Notes: generated by a model from the letters alone, not told the origin. A DNA stretch of 64,000 bases from an uncultured Nitrososphaerota archaeon (GCA_963718895.1 CAVRAG010000007.1:128001-192000), one strand, 5' to 3'; counted from the stretch's first letter, positions 18,057 through 29,064 are shown. Program-made: numbers and translations.

Positions 18057-19266
18057 CACTCTCTCCGAGAAGCAGGTATCCATCGTTCCTGGTCAGGAAC
18101 ATTACGTTCTCAGTCTCGCCCATCGAGGCCTCGACGGCTAGCGGGTCGCAGTCGGTCTGCGTCTTGACGAAGACGACCTTGGTGAAGTGGGAGAACCTCC
18201 TCGGAGCCTCCCAGTCGTTCGAGATCCTCGCCGCGATCGACGGAGGGGACTCGAACCCTCTACCGAGCAAGGCACGAATGAGCGGATAGCCCAGCAGCGC
18301 GAACGCGTTCACAGCGCCCTGTATGGGTCCTGGCAGGATGACGATCGCCTTTCCCCCCGCAACGCCGAACCCCATGACTCGACCACGGGTCACCTTCATC
18401 CCGTGCACTAGCACGCCGGGTTTGCCCGAGCTGTTTATCGCCTCCTCGGTGAGATCGGATTCGCTGACCGATGTGCCGGCCAGGGTCAGGACGACTTCCG
18501 CCACCCTTAACCCGACCCTGATCGACTCCCTTATCTCATCGGCGTCGTCGCGGACGATCGGCATGTGCACTGGTGTGCCACCGGCGCCCTCGACGAGGCG
18601 CGACAGAAGGAGGGTGTGGGTCTCTGCCACCCTCCCGGGCTCGGTGGCTCCGATCTTCTCGCTCAGCTCGCTCCCGGTCGGGATGATGGCGACCCTGGGC
18701 TTGGCGTAGACCGGCACCCGTTCAAGGTGGAGAGAGCCCAGCAGGACCAGGTCTGTCCCCCTGATGGTCCGGCCCGCTTCGAGGACCTTCTCCCCCTTCT
18801 TCACGTCCCGCCCCCTTGGGTAGACGAACTCACTGGGTTCAACGGGGCCGAAGAAGGAGACGACGCCGTCACTGACCTTGACCCTCTCCGCTTGCACGAC
18901 CGAGTCGGCCCCTGCCGGGACGAACCCCCCCGTAAGGATGGAGTGTGCTTCCCCCTCCTTCAGGGCCCTCCTAGGGCGTTCGCCGAGCGCACTCCCTTCG
19001 ATCCGCCTCAGTTCAACCGGGTTCCCGGGCGTCGCCTGGGCGAGGTCTGACGAACGGACCGCGAAGCCGTCCATGTGCGAACTGTCCCTCGGCGGGATGT
19101 CGTACCTTGAGAGGACGTCCCCGGAGAGGACCCGTCCATATGAGACCCCGAGCGGGACGGACTCGCGCCTGGGCGAGACCCTAACGTTCGCCCGCAGTAT
19201 CTCGGTCGCATCGGCGAGCGAGATATAATCAGTGAACTCTCGGACCGTGCCAGGGGCCCCCGCTAT
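17992..19266 (-). CDS. moeA: Molybdopterin molybdotransferase; start uncertain
   Basis: SHMDGFAV, ILTGGFVPAGADSVV, IIPTGSEL, LPGP; homology continues upstream (YISLADA..GRVLSGDV) of the ORF-track start. Confidence 0.9.
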   Translation of the reverse strand: MAGAPGTVREFTDYISLADATEILRANVRVSPRRESVPLGVSYGRVLSGDVLSRYDIPPRDSSHMDGFAVRSSDLAQATPGNPVELRRIEGSALGERPRRALKEGEAHSILTGGFVPAGADSVVQAERVKVSDGVVSFFGPVEPSEFVYPRGRDVKKGEKVLEAGRTIRGTDLVLLGSLHLERVPVYAKPRVAIIPTGSELSEKIGATEPGRVAETHTLLLSRLVEGAGGTPVHMPIVRDDADEIRESIRVGLRVAEVVLTLAGTSVSESDLTEEAINSSGKPGVLVHGMKVTRGRVMGFGVAGGKAIVILPGPIQGAVNAFALLGYPLIRALLGRGFESPPSIAARISNDWEAPRRFSHFTKVVFVKTQTDCDPLAVEASMGETENVMFLTRNDGYLLLGESVMTLKKGESVRVHLLPGLSSL

Positions 19267-19781
19267 CGCGACTTGGGCCGCGCGCCCTTCTTCCTGCTCT
19301 TGGTAGCGCCGGCGTTCGGAGCTCCGCCCGGCGCGCTGGCCGTGCTCTGCAGCGCCGCCTTCCCCTTTACCCAGTGCTCCTTCCCGTCAGCAAGCCGTTC
19401 CTTCTTCCAGATCGGAACGACCCGCTTGATCTCTTCGATGCCGTATCTGCAGAGCTCGAAGGCGAGGGCTCGGTGCGGCGCAGAGACGGCGATGACCACG
19501 CTCACCTCTCCCACGCCCAGCTCCCCGACCCTGTGCTGCATGGCCACCTTCCCGACCGGAAGTCGGCGCCTGATCTCCGCCTCTATCTCGACCATCTTCC
19601 TTTCGGCCATGGGCACGTAGGCGTCATAGTCGATCCTGTCTACATCGCCTGCCTCGCTGTGGTTCCTTATGGTGCCGATGAACAGGACGGTCCCGCCGGA
19701 CATCGGGTCTTCGGTCGCGGCCATCATGGCCGGGATGTCTATCTTGGTCCGGGTGACTCTATCATAGCTCTTCATGGTCAA
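19263..19781 (-). CDS. moaE: Molybdopterin synthase catalytic subunit
   Basis: FIGTIRN, HRVGEL, SAPHR, VPIWKKE. Confidence 0.92.
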   Translation of the reverse strand: MTMKSYDRVTRTKIDIPAMMAATEDPMSGGTVLFIGTIRNHSEAGDVDRIDYDAYVPMAERKMVEIEAEIRRRLPVGKVAMQHRVGELGVGEVSVVIAVSAPHRALAFELCRYGIEEIKRVVPIWKKERLADGKEHWVKGKAALQSTASAPGGAPNAGATKSRKKGARPKSR

Positions 19782-20029
19782 CCACCTGCGACCGGCGGAA
19801 GGAGGGCGACGACGTCCCCGTCCCGGAGCAACTGACCTGGCTTCGCCAGCTCCTCGTTCACGGCCACCTGCATTATCTCCCTCATCTTCTCGATCTTCGG
19901 GTGGGCGCTGGAGGACCGCTGGACGAGAACGTCGACGGAGGAGCGATCCGGAAGCGAGTACTCTTCCTCGCCCTTTCCCGCGGCGTCGCGGGCCTGCCCG
20001 AAGTATAGCACCCTGATGTGTATCGACAA
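19778..20029 (-). CDS. moaD: Molybdopterin synthase sulfur carrier
   Basis: VLYFG..AVNEE..DGDVVALLPPVAGG with C-terminal GG. Confidence 0.92.
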   Translation of the reverse strand: MSIHIRVLYFGQARDAAGKGEEEYSLPDRSSVDVLVQRSSSAHPKIEKMREIMQVAVNEELAKPGQLLRDGDVVALLPPVAGG

Positions 20030-20033
20030 TTCT

Positions 20034-21056
20034 CTAACCGCCGATCGTGTACATCGGCCGAACGTGCTTGAGCTCAACGTTGTTCTTCAGCATGCTCTCG
20101 ACCCCCTCTGACTTTAGCATGAACGAGCGGCGCAGGAAGCGGGAGATATCCTCATCGCTCGCGCCCCCTCTCAGCAGCGGTTTCAGAGCGAACTCGGCCT
20201 TACTGAAGAGGCACGGGACCATTCTCCCGTCCGCCATCAGCCGAATCCTGTCGCAGTCGGAGCAGAAGGGCTTGGTCATGGACGCTATGATCCCAATCTC
20301 GCCCGTCGAACCGTCGACGAACCTGTGATGGACGGCCGTGGCGCCCGGGTCGCGCTCGAGCGGCACCAGCTCGTACCTCTCCTGGACCTTCCGGATGATC
20401 TCCTCGCCGCTCACGACCCGCTCGGCGTCCCAGACCTTCGTCCCGTCGAACGGCATGTACTCTATGAAACGCACGGAGACGCCCGCGTCATGGGCCATCC
20501 TCGCAAAATCGGGAATCTCATCCTCGTTGCACCCCCTCGTCACCACGCAATTCACCTTGACCCGCTCGAACCCTACGGCGCGAGCCTCCTCGAGGCCCTC
20601 CATCACGCGGCCGAACATGTCCTTCGTCCCGGTTATCGCATGGTACCGGTCAGCCTTGAGGCTGTGGAGGCTGACCGTCACGCAGTGCAGCCCGCTCTCC
20701 TTCAGCAACCGAGCCTTCTGCTTCAGCAGCGCACCGTTCGTGGTGAGCGCCACGCGCTCGATCCCGGGCACCGCGACGAGCATCTTCACCAGCGTCTCGA
20801 GTTCCTTCCGGACCAGGGGCTCTCCGCCGCTGACCCTGATCGACCTCACGCCCATCCTGGCGGTGATCGCTGCGACCCTCGTGATCTCCTCAAAGCTGAG
20901 TACCTCCTTCTGGTCCAGCCAGACGGGGTTGGTCGGCATGCAGAAGTCGCACCTGAAGTTGCAGCGGTCGGTTACCGAGAGCCTGAGCTTCCTCGCTTGC
21001 CGGCCGAACGAGTCGACCAGCGTGTCGTTGTCGTAGGCCGGGGAAGCAGGGACCAA
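20034..21056 (-). CDS. moaA: GTP 3',8-cyclase (radical SAM)
   Basis: LRLSVTDRCNFRCDFCMP, SGGEPL, FCSDCDRIRL..CL, C-terminal MYTIGG. Confidence 0.95.
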   Translation of the reverse strand: MVPASPAYDNDTLVDSFGRQARKLRLSVTDRCNFRCDFCMPTNPVWLDQKEVLSFEEITRVAAITARMGVRSIRVSGGEPLVRKELETLVKMLVAVPGIERVALTTNGALLKQKARLLKESGLHCVTVSLHSLKADRYHAITGTKDMFGRVMEGLEEARAVGFERVKVNCVVTRGCNEDEIPDFARMAHDAGVSVRFIEYMPFDGTKVWDAERVVSGEEIIRKVQERYELVPLERDPGATAVHHRFVDGSTGEIGIIASMTKPFCSDCDRIRLMADGRMVPCLFSKAEFALKPLLRGGASDEDISRFLRRSFMLKSEGVESMLKNNVELKHVRPMYTIGG

Positions 21057-21279
21057 ATACGATGCCTCGCACGAAAATCTTCCGAGTGGCCACTTAAACC
21101 TATCCACCGGGCCGGACGCGGCACCAGCACCTGGGTCAGAGAGCCCTCCCCCTTCTGGGCGATCGCCAGGCCCGCCCCGAGCCCGAAGAGCGCTCGAAGG
21201 CCCGCGTCACTCCGGGGGACCGAGGCGCCCCAGAAAGCGTGCACGCCTGAGGATTGGACTTCGGGCGGACATCTCAAAG

Positions 21280-21307
21280 TATATCAAACACGATATATGT
21301 ATATAAT
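21280..21307 (+). promoter_or_regulatory. Palindromic operator candidate plus TATA box of the padR operon
   Basis: TATATC-aaacac-GATATA (21280-21297) directly before TATATAAT (21300-21307). Confidence 0.5.
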
Positions 21308-21334
21308 AGTGGAGGGAGACCTTCCTCGATAGTA

Positions 21335-21913
21335 TTGTCCTCCAAGGAAGAAGGTGAGCGTGGGCTCGCCCATCCTCAGGGAGCCCCGAGAGGGCTGCTC
21401 CTGCACTACATGCTTCGCAAGATCTCCCAGAAGCCCTGCCACGGGTACGAGATACTTCAGGAGATCGACAGCAAGACCGAGGGGGCGTGGAGGCCCGGCG
21501 CCGGCTCGATCTACCCCATACTGAAGAAGCTCCTCGAGAGCGGCTACATACAGTCGGACCAGAAGACGGGCGCCGACCGGCGGATCTACTCGGTCACCGC
21601 CAAGGGGCTGGAGACGCTCAAGGAGGACGAGAAGACGTTTCTAAACTCGGGACAGAAGTGGATGGCCATGAGGAGACTGTTCATCGAGCTGATAGAGCCC
21701 GACCAGCTTGCGCGCTTCCTGAGCGACGGCACGAGGGGGCAGTTCGAGATTGCGCAGGAGATAATCAAGACCAAGACGAAGGAGATACCCCAGAAGGAGC
21801 TCGAGTACCTCCTCAAGGAGTACATACTAACCCTCGAGCGGCAGCTCGATTGGGCGAATGAGACTCTCACCCAGCTAAAGCCGGTCGTCAGCGCCAAGTC
21901 CAGACACAGGTGA
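21335..21913 (+). CDS. PadR family transcriptional regulator
   Basis: HGYEILQEI..WRPGAGSIYPILKKL..RRIYSVTAKG. Confidence 0.9.
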   Translation: MSSKEEGERGLAHPQGAPRGLLLHYMLRKISQKPCHGYEILQEIDSKTEGAWRPGAGSIYPILKKLLESGYIQSDQKTGADRRIYSVTAKGLETLKEDEKTFLNSGQKWMAMRRLFIELIEPDQLARFLSDGTRGQFEIAQEIIKTKTKEIPQKELEYLLKEYILTLERQLDWANETLTQLKPVVSAKSRHR

Positions 21914-22963
21914 ATGAACAGGTGACAACGGAACAGCAGGGGCCCTACAACGATTCCACCGCGATCGTGAAGGTCGAGGGCCTCGTCGAAGAGCTACGAT
22001 GGCGGGAAGACCAAGGCCGTCGACGGCGTCAGCTTCGAGGTGAAGCAGGGCGAGATCTTCGGGTTCCTGGGGCCGAACGGCGCAGGGAAGAGCACCACCA
22101 TCAACATGCTCACGACGCTGCTCCCCCCGACCTCGGGCACGGCTCGAGGTCTGCGGATTCGACGTCCACAAGCAGGCGAACGAGGTGCGAAGGAGCGTCG
22201 GGGTGGTCCCGCAGGACTACACCGCTGACGAGGACATGACGGGCTACGAGAACATACTTCTCTGCGCGGACCTCTACGGCATCCCCCGGAGCGACTCGAA
22301 GCGTCCACGCCGAGGAGCTCCTCCAGCTGGTCGAGCTGCAGGACGCGGCGAAGAGGAAGGTGAGCACCTACTCGGGAGGGATGCGGAGGAGGCTGGAGCT
22401 CGCCTGCGGGCTGATCAACTACCCGAAGCTCCTCTTCCTCGACGAGCCGACGCTCGGGCTCGACGTCCAGACGCGCGCGGCCGTCTGGAAGTACATCCGC
22501 CAGCTCAAGCAGGACTACAACATGACGCTCTTCCTGACGACCCACTACCTCGAGGAGGCAGACTCTCTCTGCGACAGGATTGCGATCATCGACCACGGCC
22601 ACATCATCAAGATCGGGACGCCTGACGAGCTGAAGGCGAGCGTAGGAGGGGACGTGATAATCGTCGGTGTCAAGGAAGCCGGAACCTGACATATCCTCGG
22701 ACATCGCCAAGGTCGACCTGGTGAAGGCGGTTACCAAGACGGGGAACGACTACCGCATAAAGGCGGACGACGGCGAGGAGGCTCTCACCGCAGATCATAG
22801 ACCTGATCAGGTCGAAGGGGCTGCACGTCTCGAAGATTTCGCTGACCAGACCGACCCTCGACGAGGCCTACCTCGAGCTCACTGGGCGGACCCTGAGGGA
22901 GGAGGAGACCAACAGGTGGGCGATGATGAGCCAGAGGGCACCATGCGCAGAGCGAGGTCGTAG
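21910..22963 (+). CDS. ABC-2/DrrA-type exporter ATP-binding subunit (several frameshifts)
   Basis: [39 protein letters not shown] across frames. Confidence 0.88.
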
Positions 22964-22979
22964 GCGGAGGGGATCGATT

Positions 22980-23966
22980 ATGGTGGAGAGCGAACACGTC
23001 GCGAACGAGGGACGGTGCAACCCGGAGCGCCACCCTTCAGCAGCCGACGGCGGTGCCTGGTGCGAAGGCCGCCTCCCGGCCCAACCCGAAACTGAACGAG
23101 AGTCCGACCCACGGGCTCTGGGCGCTGACCAAGAGGGACCTGCGGAAGTGGTACACCAACCCGTACCAGCTGATAATCTCGCTGATCCAGCCGGTCATCT
23201 GGATGGGGCTCTTCGGCAAGGCTCTGAACTTCAGCTCGTTCATCACGGCGGGGGCGGCGACCAGTGGCGTCAGCGTGGGCGGCGGGTCATCGTCGACGAG
23301 CTGCGTCGGGGCGACCGGGGTCAACGCGACCTTGCTGAGCTTCTTCGGGACGACCAGCTACTTCTCGTACCTGGTGTGCGGGATGCTGGTCTTCATCGTG
23401 CTCTTCAGCTCCGCGTTCAGCGGGATGTCGGTGGTCTGGGACCGGAGGTTCGGCTTCATGAACAAGGCGCTGAGCACGCCGGTGAGCCGCGGGGCGATAG
23501 TGATGGGCAAGATACTCCAGAGCGTCATAAGGTCGCTCATCCAGGCGGTCGGTCGTCCTCCTGATCGGCATCGCCCTGGGGATGGAGACGGGAAGCTTCT
23601 CGGTCCTGGGCATCGCTGGGACGTTCGTCGTCATCTTCCTGGTCGCGATGGGCCTCTCCGGGCTCTTCGTCATGCTCTCGCTCAGGTCGAGCAACTGGCA
23701 GACCCAGATGGCGATAATCAACCTGCTCAACCTTCCGCTCCTCTTCGCGAGCAACGCCCTCTTCCCGGTGAAGATAATGCCGGATTGGCTCAGGACGTCG
23801 TGAAGGTCAACCCGTCAGCTACTGCGATCGACGCGAATACGCCAGCTCCTGATAGGAGCGCACGGGATCATACGCGCTCTGGGTGGACTTCACCGTCGTC
23901 ATCGGGTTCGCGGCCTTCTTCTCCATCGTGGGGATAGTGATGTCGTGGAGACTCCTCAGCAAGTAG
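22980..23966 (+). CDS. ABC-2/DrrB-type exporter permease (frameshifted)
   Basis: SLIQPVIWMGLFG, WDRRFGFMNKALSTPVSR, PLLFASNALFP..MPDWL. Confidence 0.88.
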
Positions 23967-24020
23967 CGCCGGGCAACTTTTTTATCGCAGCCGCCGCCTC
24001 TGGGGATTAGGTGCGCGAGG

Positions 24021-24291
24021 TTGAGACCAGAAGAAGAAAGCGTCGGGAGGGCAGAGCCGAGCTCTACCCTTGCGCTGATAGGCAAGGCGTGTCCGAACTG
24101 CGGCCTTGGGCTCGAGCTTTCTGGAAAACCCTCCGGTGATAGTCCCGGACGACCTGGGCAAGCTCGAATGGGACTATGTCAAGAACCTGTCCCTGGTCCC
24201 GAAGGTCCTGGCAATCTGCCTGAAGTGCGGCTTCGTGGCAGTCGAATGCATGACCCCGGTTGAGGCGCGTGGGACCTACGTGGGGACCTAG
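24021..24291 (+). CDS. Small protein with two CxxCG knuckles (frameshift near 24110)
   Basis: KACPNCG in one frame continues into SFLENPPVIVPDD..ICLKCGFVA in the next. Confidence 0.55.
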
Positions 24292-24394
24292 AAGAGGAGC
24301 TTTCGTCGAAAGGGCATCCAAGAATCACTAGTGATTATGGAACGATTTTGGAGATTTCCTAAATACCGAGGCGGGGGACTCGAGTGCGTGAGAT

Positions 24395-25815
24395 GTGAAG
24401 GACACGAAGAGGAATGAAATGGGACATCGGACAAGGCGTGTCAACGGCTCTCAACGGGGGCGCCCGTTCTCTCAGCACGGGAGGACGGCGATTGGTGTGG
24501 GGGCGCGTCCGGGGAGCCCGCTCCTCCCTGCGTTGCTCGCCCTCACGACAATGACGCTCATTGTTCTGGGTACGCTCTCTGCAGCAGCGCCCCAAACGGC
24601 AATGGCTCAGACCCACGTCGAGACAACCCCGCAGTCAGATGCTCAGGCCAGCTCACCGACGACCATCCCCGGGTCCCCGCTGTTGAGGGTGCATCCGCCG
24701 CCCTCGGGCGCGGCCTACGACGAGCAGCTCGGGATGACTTTTACCCAGGATTTCACAAATATGGAGTACAACGTCACGGCGGTGGAGCAGGTAGATCCGA
24801 CTCTCGCGACAGGTCCCGGCTACCTTCTTAGCGGCCTCTCGACCGTCGGCTATTGGTTCCAGGTGGGGCTCTCGTGGGACTGGAGTCCAGGGAGCGGGTT
24901 CCAGATGAGCTATGAAGTCTTCAACTCCTTGGGCAACTCAATCTTCCCGGCGGGTGGAGGCGGCGGTCTGGCGCCCATCTCCGGGACCGTCAATGCTGGC
25001 GACGTGGTTACGCTCAGCCTCTACTTCAACGCCGTTGGCCAGGTCGTGATGCGGGTGCACGATACACGGACGGGCGCGTCGGCCCAGCTGGAGTACTCCG
25101 CAGGGGGAAGCACCACATTCGTCGGAGAACCGAACGCTGACGCAAATTCAAACGGCTTCTTCACAGGTCTGATGACAGAGTGGTATCATGGAGCGCCGTA
25201 CTACGCCAATCCACAGGAGGTGGTCTATTCATCGAACGTCTCCCTCTCGTCGGCCTGGTTGTGGATGGGCGAGTTCAACGCGAACAACTTCCAGACTGTC
25301 TTCGCCAACAACTCGACCGCGCTGAGCAACTTCACCGCCAACCCCGCACAACTTCAGGAACTCTCGGACGGCAGTGTGACCGAGTACTGCGACGCCCAGG
25401 AGTTCATTACTGGTCCCTCAACAACCACCACGAGCACGTCCAGCTCGACATCTATTCCACAACGAACATGGTCGTCACCTCCACGGAGGTCGTAACCACC
25501 ACCGTTCCCGTCACCGTTACGCAGACGTCCACCGCGACTTCGACGGCCACCGCTACCACCACTTCCACCGCGACCGTGACTCGGCCCGTCACGACCACCG
25601 TGACCTCGACCCAACCCATCACTGTCACCGATACTACGACTTCGACCGCACCCGCGTCAACCGTCACGAACACGACTACCCAGACGATGACGCAGACAGT
25701 GGTCGCGACAGGTGCGCTCCCCGCTTGGATCTACGGGCTGATGGCCGCACTCATGCTAGGCGGGCTCGGGCTAGGCTACGCGCTGAAGAGGCCTGGAGTC
25801 AAGCCTTCTCTCTAA
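24395..25815 (+). CDS. Cell-surface protein: signal/TM, beta-rich domain, Thr-rich stalk, C-terminal anchor (frameshift near 25455)
   Basis: Hydrophobic N-terminus, N-x-S/T sites, long T/V/S tract, TM WIYGLMAALMLGGLGLGYAL followed by KRP; start uncertain. Confidence 0.7.
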
Positions 25816-25955
25816 TTCCCGGGCCCACCGACGGCCGTGGGGCATTAGCCGAGGGCCGCATCCTCCATTCGATGTTTCTGCGGGGAGAGCAGAGTATTGG
25901 GGTCGTTCCCTCCGCCAAGGCATAAATAGAATATGAAGGCCCGACTGCCGCGTTC

Positions 25956-27281
25956 ATGAAGAGTGAAGAAGAGCTCGGAAGCTGGCGGAGGACCCACTAC
26001 TCCGTCCAGATCACCCCTGAGCTCGACGGGAAGGAGGTCACCGTCTTCGGCTGGGTCAGCAGCGTCAGGACCCACGGCGGAATCACCTTCCTCTTCGTTA
26101 ACGACAAGGAGGGGATCTTCCAGGTCACGACCATCAAGGGCAAGGCCAGCGACGAGATGCTGGAGAAGATACGCTCGATAGGCGAGCAGACGAGCATCGG
26201 CGTCAGAGGGACCGTCAAGAAGATTGCCAAGGCTCCGAACGGCGCCGAGGTCATCCCCAGCGAGATCAAGATCCTCAACGCGGCCAAGAAGAAGCCGCCC
26301 TTCAGCATCTTCGGGGGTGCGCTCCCCTCGATAGACAAGCGCCTCGACATCAGGGCCGTCGACCTCAGGAGGGAGAAGGCCCAGGCGATCTTCAAGATCC
26401 AGAGGGCTCTGCTGCGGAGCCTGAGGGAGTTCTTCGTGGAGAAGGGGTACCTCGAGGTCAGGACGCCGAAGCTCATCTCGACGGCGACTGAGGGAGGGGC
26501 CTCGCTCTTCTCGGTCCTGTACTACAACAGGCCCTCCTTCCTGACCCAGAGCCCCCAGCTCTACAAGGAGGAGCTGGTGCATGCCGTTCGAGAAGGTCTA
26601 CGAGATCGGCCCCGCCTTCCGCGCCGAGGAGTCGAGGACCCAGAAGCACCTGAGCGAGATCACCTCAATCGACATCGAGGAGGCCTACGTTGACTATCGG
26701 GACGTCATGGACACGCTCGAGGCGCTGATCACGACGGGCCTCGAGGGACGTTGCGGAGTCCTGCCCGAAGGAGTTCGAGAAGCTCAAGAGGAGGCCGGTC
26801 GAGGTCCCGGACCGCTTCGAGAGACTGACTTACGGCGACGTGATAAAGGAGATCGCGAAGAGCAGAGACGGCATCTCCTGGGGCGACGACGTCACCGGAC
26901 CCGACGGCGAGGAGCTGGCGAAGTCCCACCCCGGCTTCTACTTCATAACCGACTGGCCGACCTCTTCGAAGCCCTTCTACATCAAGCCCAAGACCGCCGA
27001 GCCCAAGGTCAGCGAGTCCTTCGACCTGATGTACGGCTCCCTCGAGCTCGCCTCGGGGGGGACCAGGGTCACCTCCAGGGCCTCTCTCGTAAAGAGGCTG
27101 AAGGACCAGAAGCTGAAGACCGCAGGCCTTCGAGTACCACCTCGATGCCTTCGACTACGGCATGCCACCCCACGCCGGGTTCGGCCTCGGGCTGGAGAGG
27201 CTGATGATGGCGCTCACGGGGGAGGAGAACATAAGGGAGGTCACGCTCTTCCCCAGGGACAAGTTGAGGCTCACGCCCTGA
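25956..27281 (+). CDS. aspS: Aspartate--tRNA(Asp/Asn) ligase, archaeal type (frameshifted)
   Basis: [61 protein letters not shown]. Confidence 0.95.
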
Positions 27282-27380
27282 GGACGGCCACATCGCCCCT
27301 GTCGGCTCCCGGAGCAAGCTCCACGATGAGGAGAGGTCGGGGTTTAAGAGCGAGCACGGCAGTCCTCTCAGAGAGAGAGT

Positions 27381-28586
27381 CTGCTTTCAGGTCAACATGA
27401 AGAGCCAACGACGAATCGCAGGAAGGTCCTGGCAGCCACAGCTCTAATCCTTCTGGTCATCATCTCGGCCGTGGCGTATGAGTCCTATCGTGGTTATTCG
27501 GCGTCTCTGGCTGGACCGTCTCAGACCGTTCAGGAGATCTCACTGACTGGGGCGTCGGGGTCTCTCTCCGGAGTCAGCTCGACCCTCGTCTACTCCCCCT
27601 CCGGGCCGACGAACCCCGACTTCGGCGCTCGCGGAGTAAACATAAGCGAGCCGGCCGATTACTCTAATCTGGTCCAGTTCACTCTGGGACTGATCAACCA
27701 GAACCGGAACCAGTCCGGCGTCCGGGACGTGACCCTGAGCACCGTCGAATCCGGCCAGCAGCACGCGGACTCGCTGGCCTACCACGGGACGTTCAGCCAT
27801 TGGGACGTCCAGGGGTACAAGCCATACATGAGGTACACCCTCCTCGGAGGAGAGGGCGATGTCGCCGAGAACGTCGCCCAGAACTACTGCACCTACACCC
27901 CCACCTATGACACCTCTGTGTTTCCGACGAGCTGCAGTCTTCGAACCATCGAGAACGGGATAGAGAATTCCGAGGTCGGGCTGATGACCCGCGACGACGC
28001 CTGCTGCAACAATTCTCACCGTCACAACATCTTGGACGCCTTCCACACGAGCGTGTCCATAGGAATAGCCTACAACTCCACCACAGACGCGCTGTACCTG
28101 GTCGAGGATTTCGAGAACAGTTACATCACATCGGAGTCGCTTCAGCTGTCCGGGAGCACCATCACGTTCCAAGGCTCGACACAGCAGGACCTGACGGGAT
28201 GGATCGGCGCGTCTTCGGGTGCGCTCATCGTCGTCTACCACGACCCGACGCCCGTCCCGATTGAGCCAAGCGAACTGAGGTCTTCGGCGTACTGCGCTCA
28301 GATCAGCGAACTGGATGAACCCCCCGCCTGCCAGTACCAGGGAGGGTACACCCCAGGAACGTTCGTCACGGAGATGTTCGCCCCCTGCAGTCAGGGATAT
28401 ACCTGCGGACCTGTCGAATACTCGTACGCGCAGCAGTGGACCCAGTCCAGGTCTGGGAGCTTCAAGATCGTCTTCTCGATGTCTGGCCCCGAAGCAGCCT
28501 ACGGGTCCGGAGTCTACACCTTCTATCTGTATCCAAACGGGGACAAGACGGACGCGATCACCAGTCTGTCGCTCTTCGTGTCTTGA
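27381..28586 (+). CDS. Secreted CAP (SCP/PR-1) domain protein; start uncertain
   Basis: Signal/TM upstream in frame; LINQNR, QQHAD..FSHWD, AENVA, HRHNILD..VSIGIAY; several paired Cys. Confidence 0.8.
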   Translation: MLSGQHEEPTTNRRKVLAATALILLVIISAVAYESYRGYSASLAGPSQTVQEISLTGASGSLSGVSSTLVYSPSGPTNPDFGARGVNISEPADYSNLVQFTLGLINQNRNQSGVRDVTLSTVESGQQHADSLAYHGTFSHWDVQGYKPYMRYTLLGGEGDVAENVAQNYCTYTPTYDTSVFPTSCSLRTIENGIENSEVGLMTRDDACCNNSHRHNILDAFHTSVSIGIAYNSTTDALYLVEDFENSYITSESLQLSGSTITFQGSTQQDLTGWIGASSGALIVVYHDPTPVPIEPSELRSSAYCAQISELDEPPACQYQGGYTPGTFVTEMFAPCSQGYTCGPVEYSYAQQWTQSRSGSFKIVFSMSGPEAAYGSGVYTFYLYPNGDKTDAITSLSLFVS

Positions 28587-28725
28587 CCGAAGCGAACCCC
28601 CGACCTCGACGGCCGGCTCGAGGAGGTTCACTGTCAATCGTCGGTCTGGCTCGCGATGGCAGCACTGACAAGGTTCTTTAAATTGCCAAACCGGGGCGAC
28701 AAGCCAGCGCCGTTGTCACTATGTC

Positions 28726-29064
28726 TTGGTAAGCGGGTTCCATCCGCAGAGGCAGGGAGGAGAGTCAGACCTGTCCCCTAGGCCCAAGGCCGCCGTCACT
28801 CTGGAGGAAGTCAAGAGGCTCGCGAGCCTCTCCAGGCTGACTATGACAAGACCGGAAGAGGAGAGGCTCAGGGAGGAACTCTCGTCTATCCTGGAGTACT
28901 TCAGGGTGGTCGACGGCGTGGCTGGCACCGGGGAGACCAACAGGACCATCGAGGACACCTCGGCTCTGCGGCCGGATGAGGTCGGGCCGTCGGACCCAGA
29001 CGGAGTGCTGAGAGGAGTCCCGCGCAAGAAGGGGCGCCTGGTCAGGGCCCCCAGGGTATTCTGA
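28726..29064 (+). CDS. gatC: Asp/Glu-tRNA amidotransferase subunit C
   Basis: VKRLASLSRL..LSSILEYF..LRPDE..VRAPRV directly upstream of gatA. Confidence 0.85.
   Translation: MVSGFHPQRQGGESDLSPRPKAAVTLEEVKRLASLSRLTMTRPEEERLREELSSILEYFRVVDGVAGTGETNRTIEDTSALRPDEVGPSDPDGVLRGVPRKKGRLVRAPRVF

Noticed and set aside
25420-25700. ACC/ACG-rich DNA repeat
   Set aside because: Explained by the Thr-rich stalk coding sequence.
25956-27281. aspS (and tfb) as pseudogenes or programmed frameshift genes
   Set aside because: Essential functions, intact motifs, no common slippery sequence, and similar indels throughout the window indicate assembly error.
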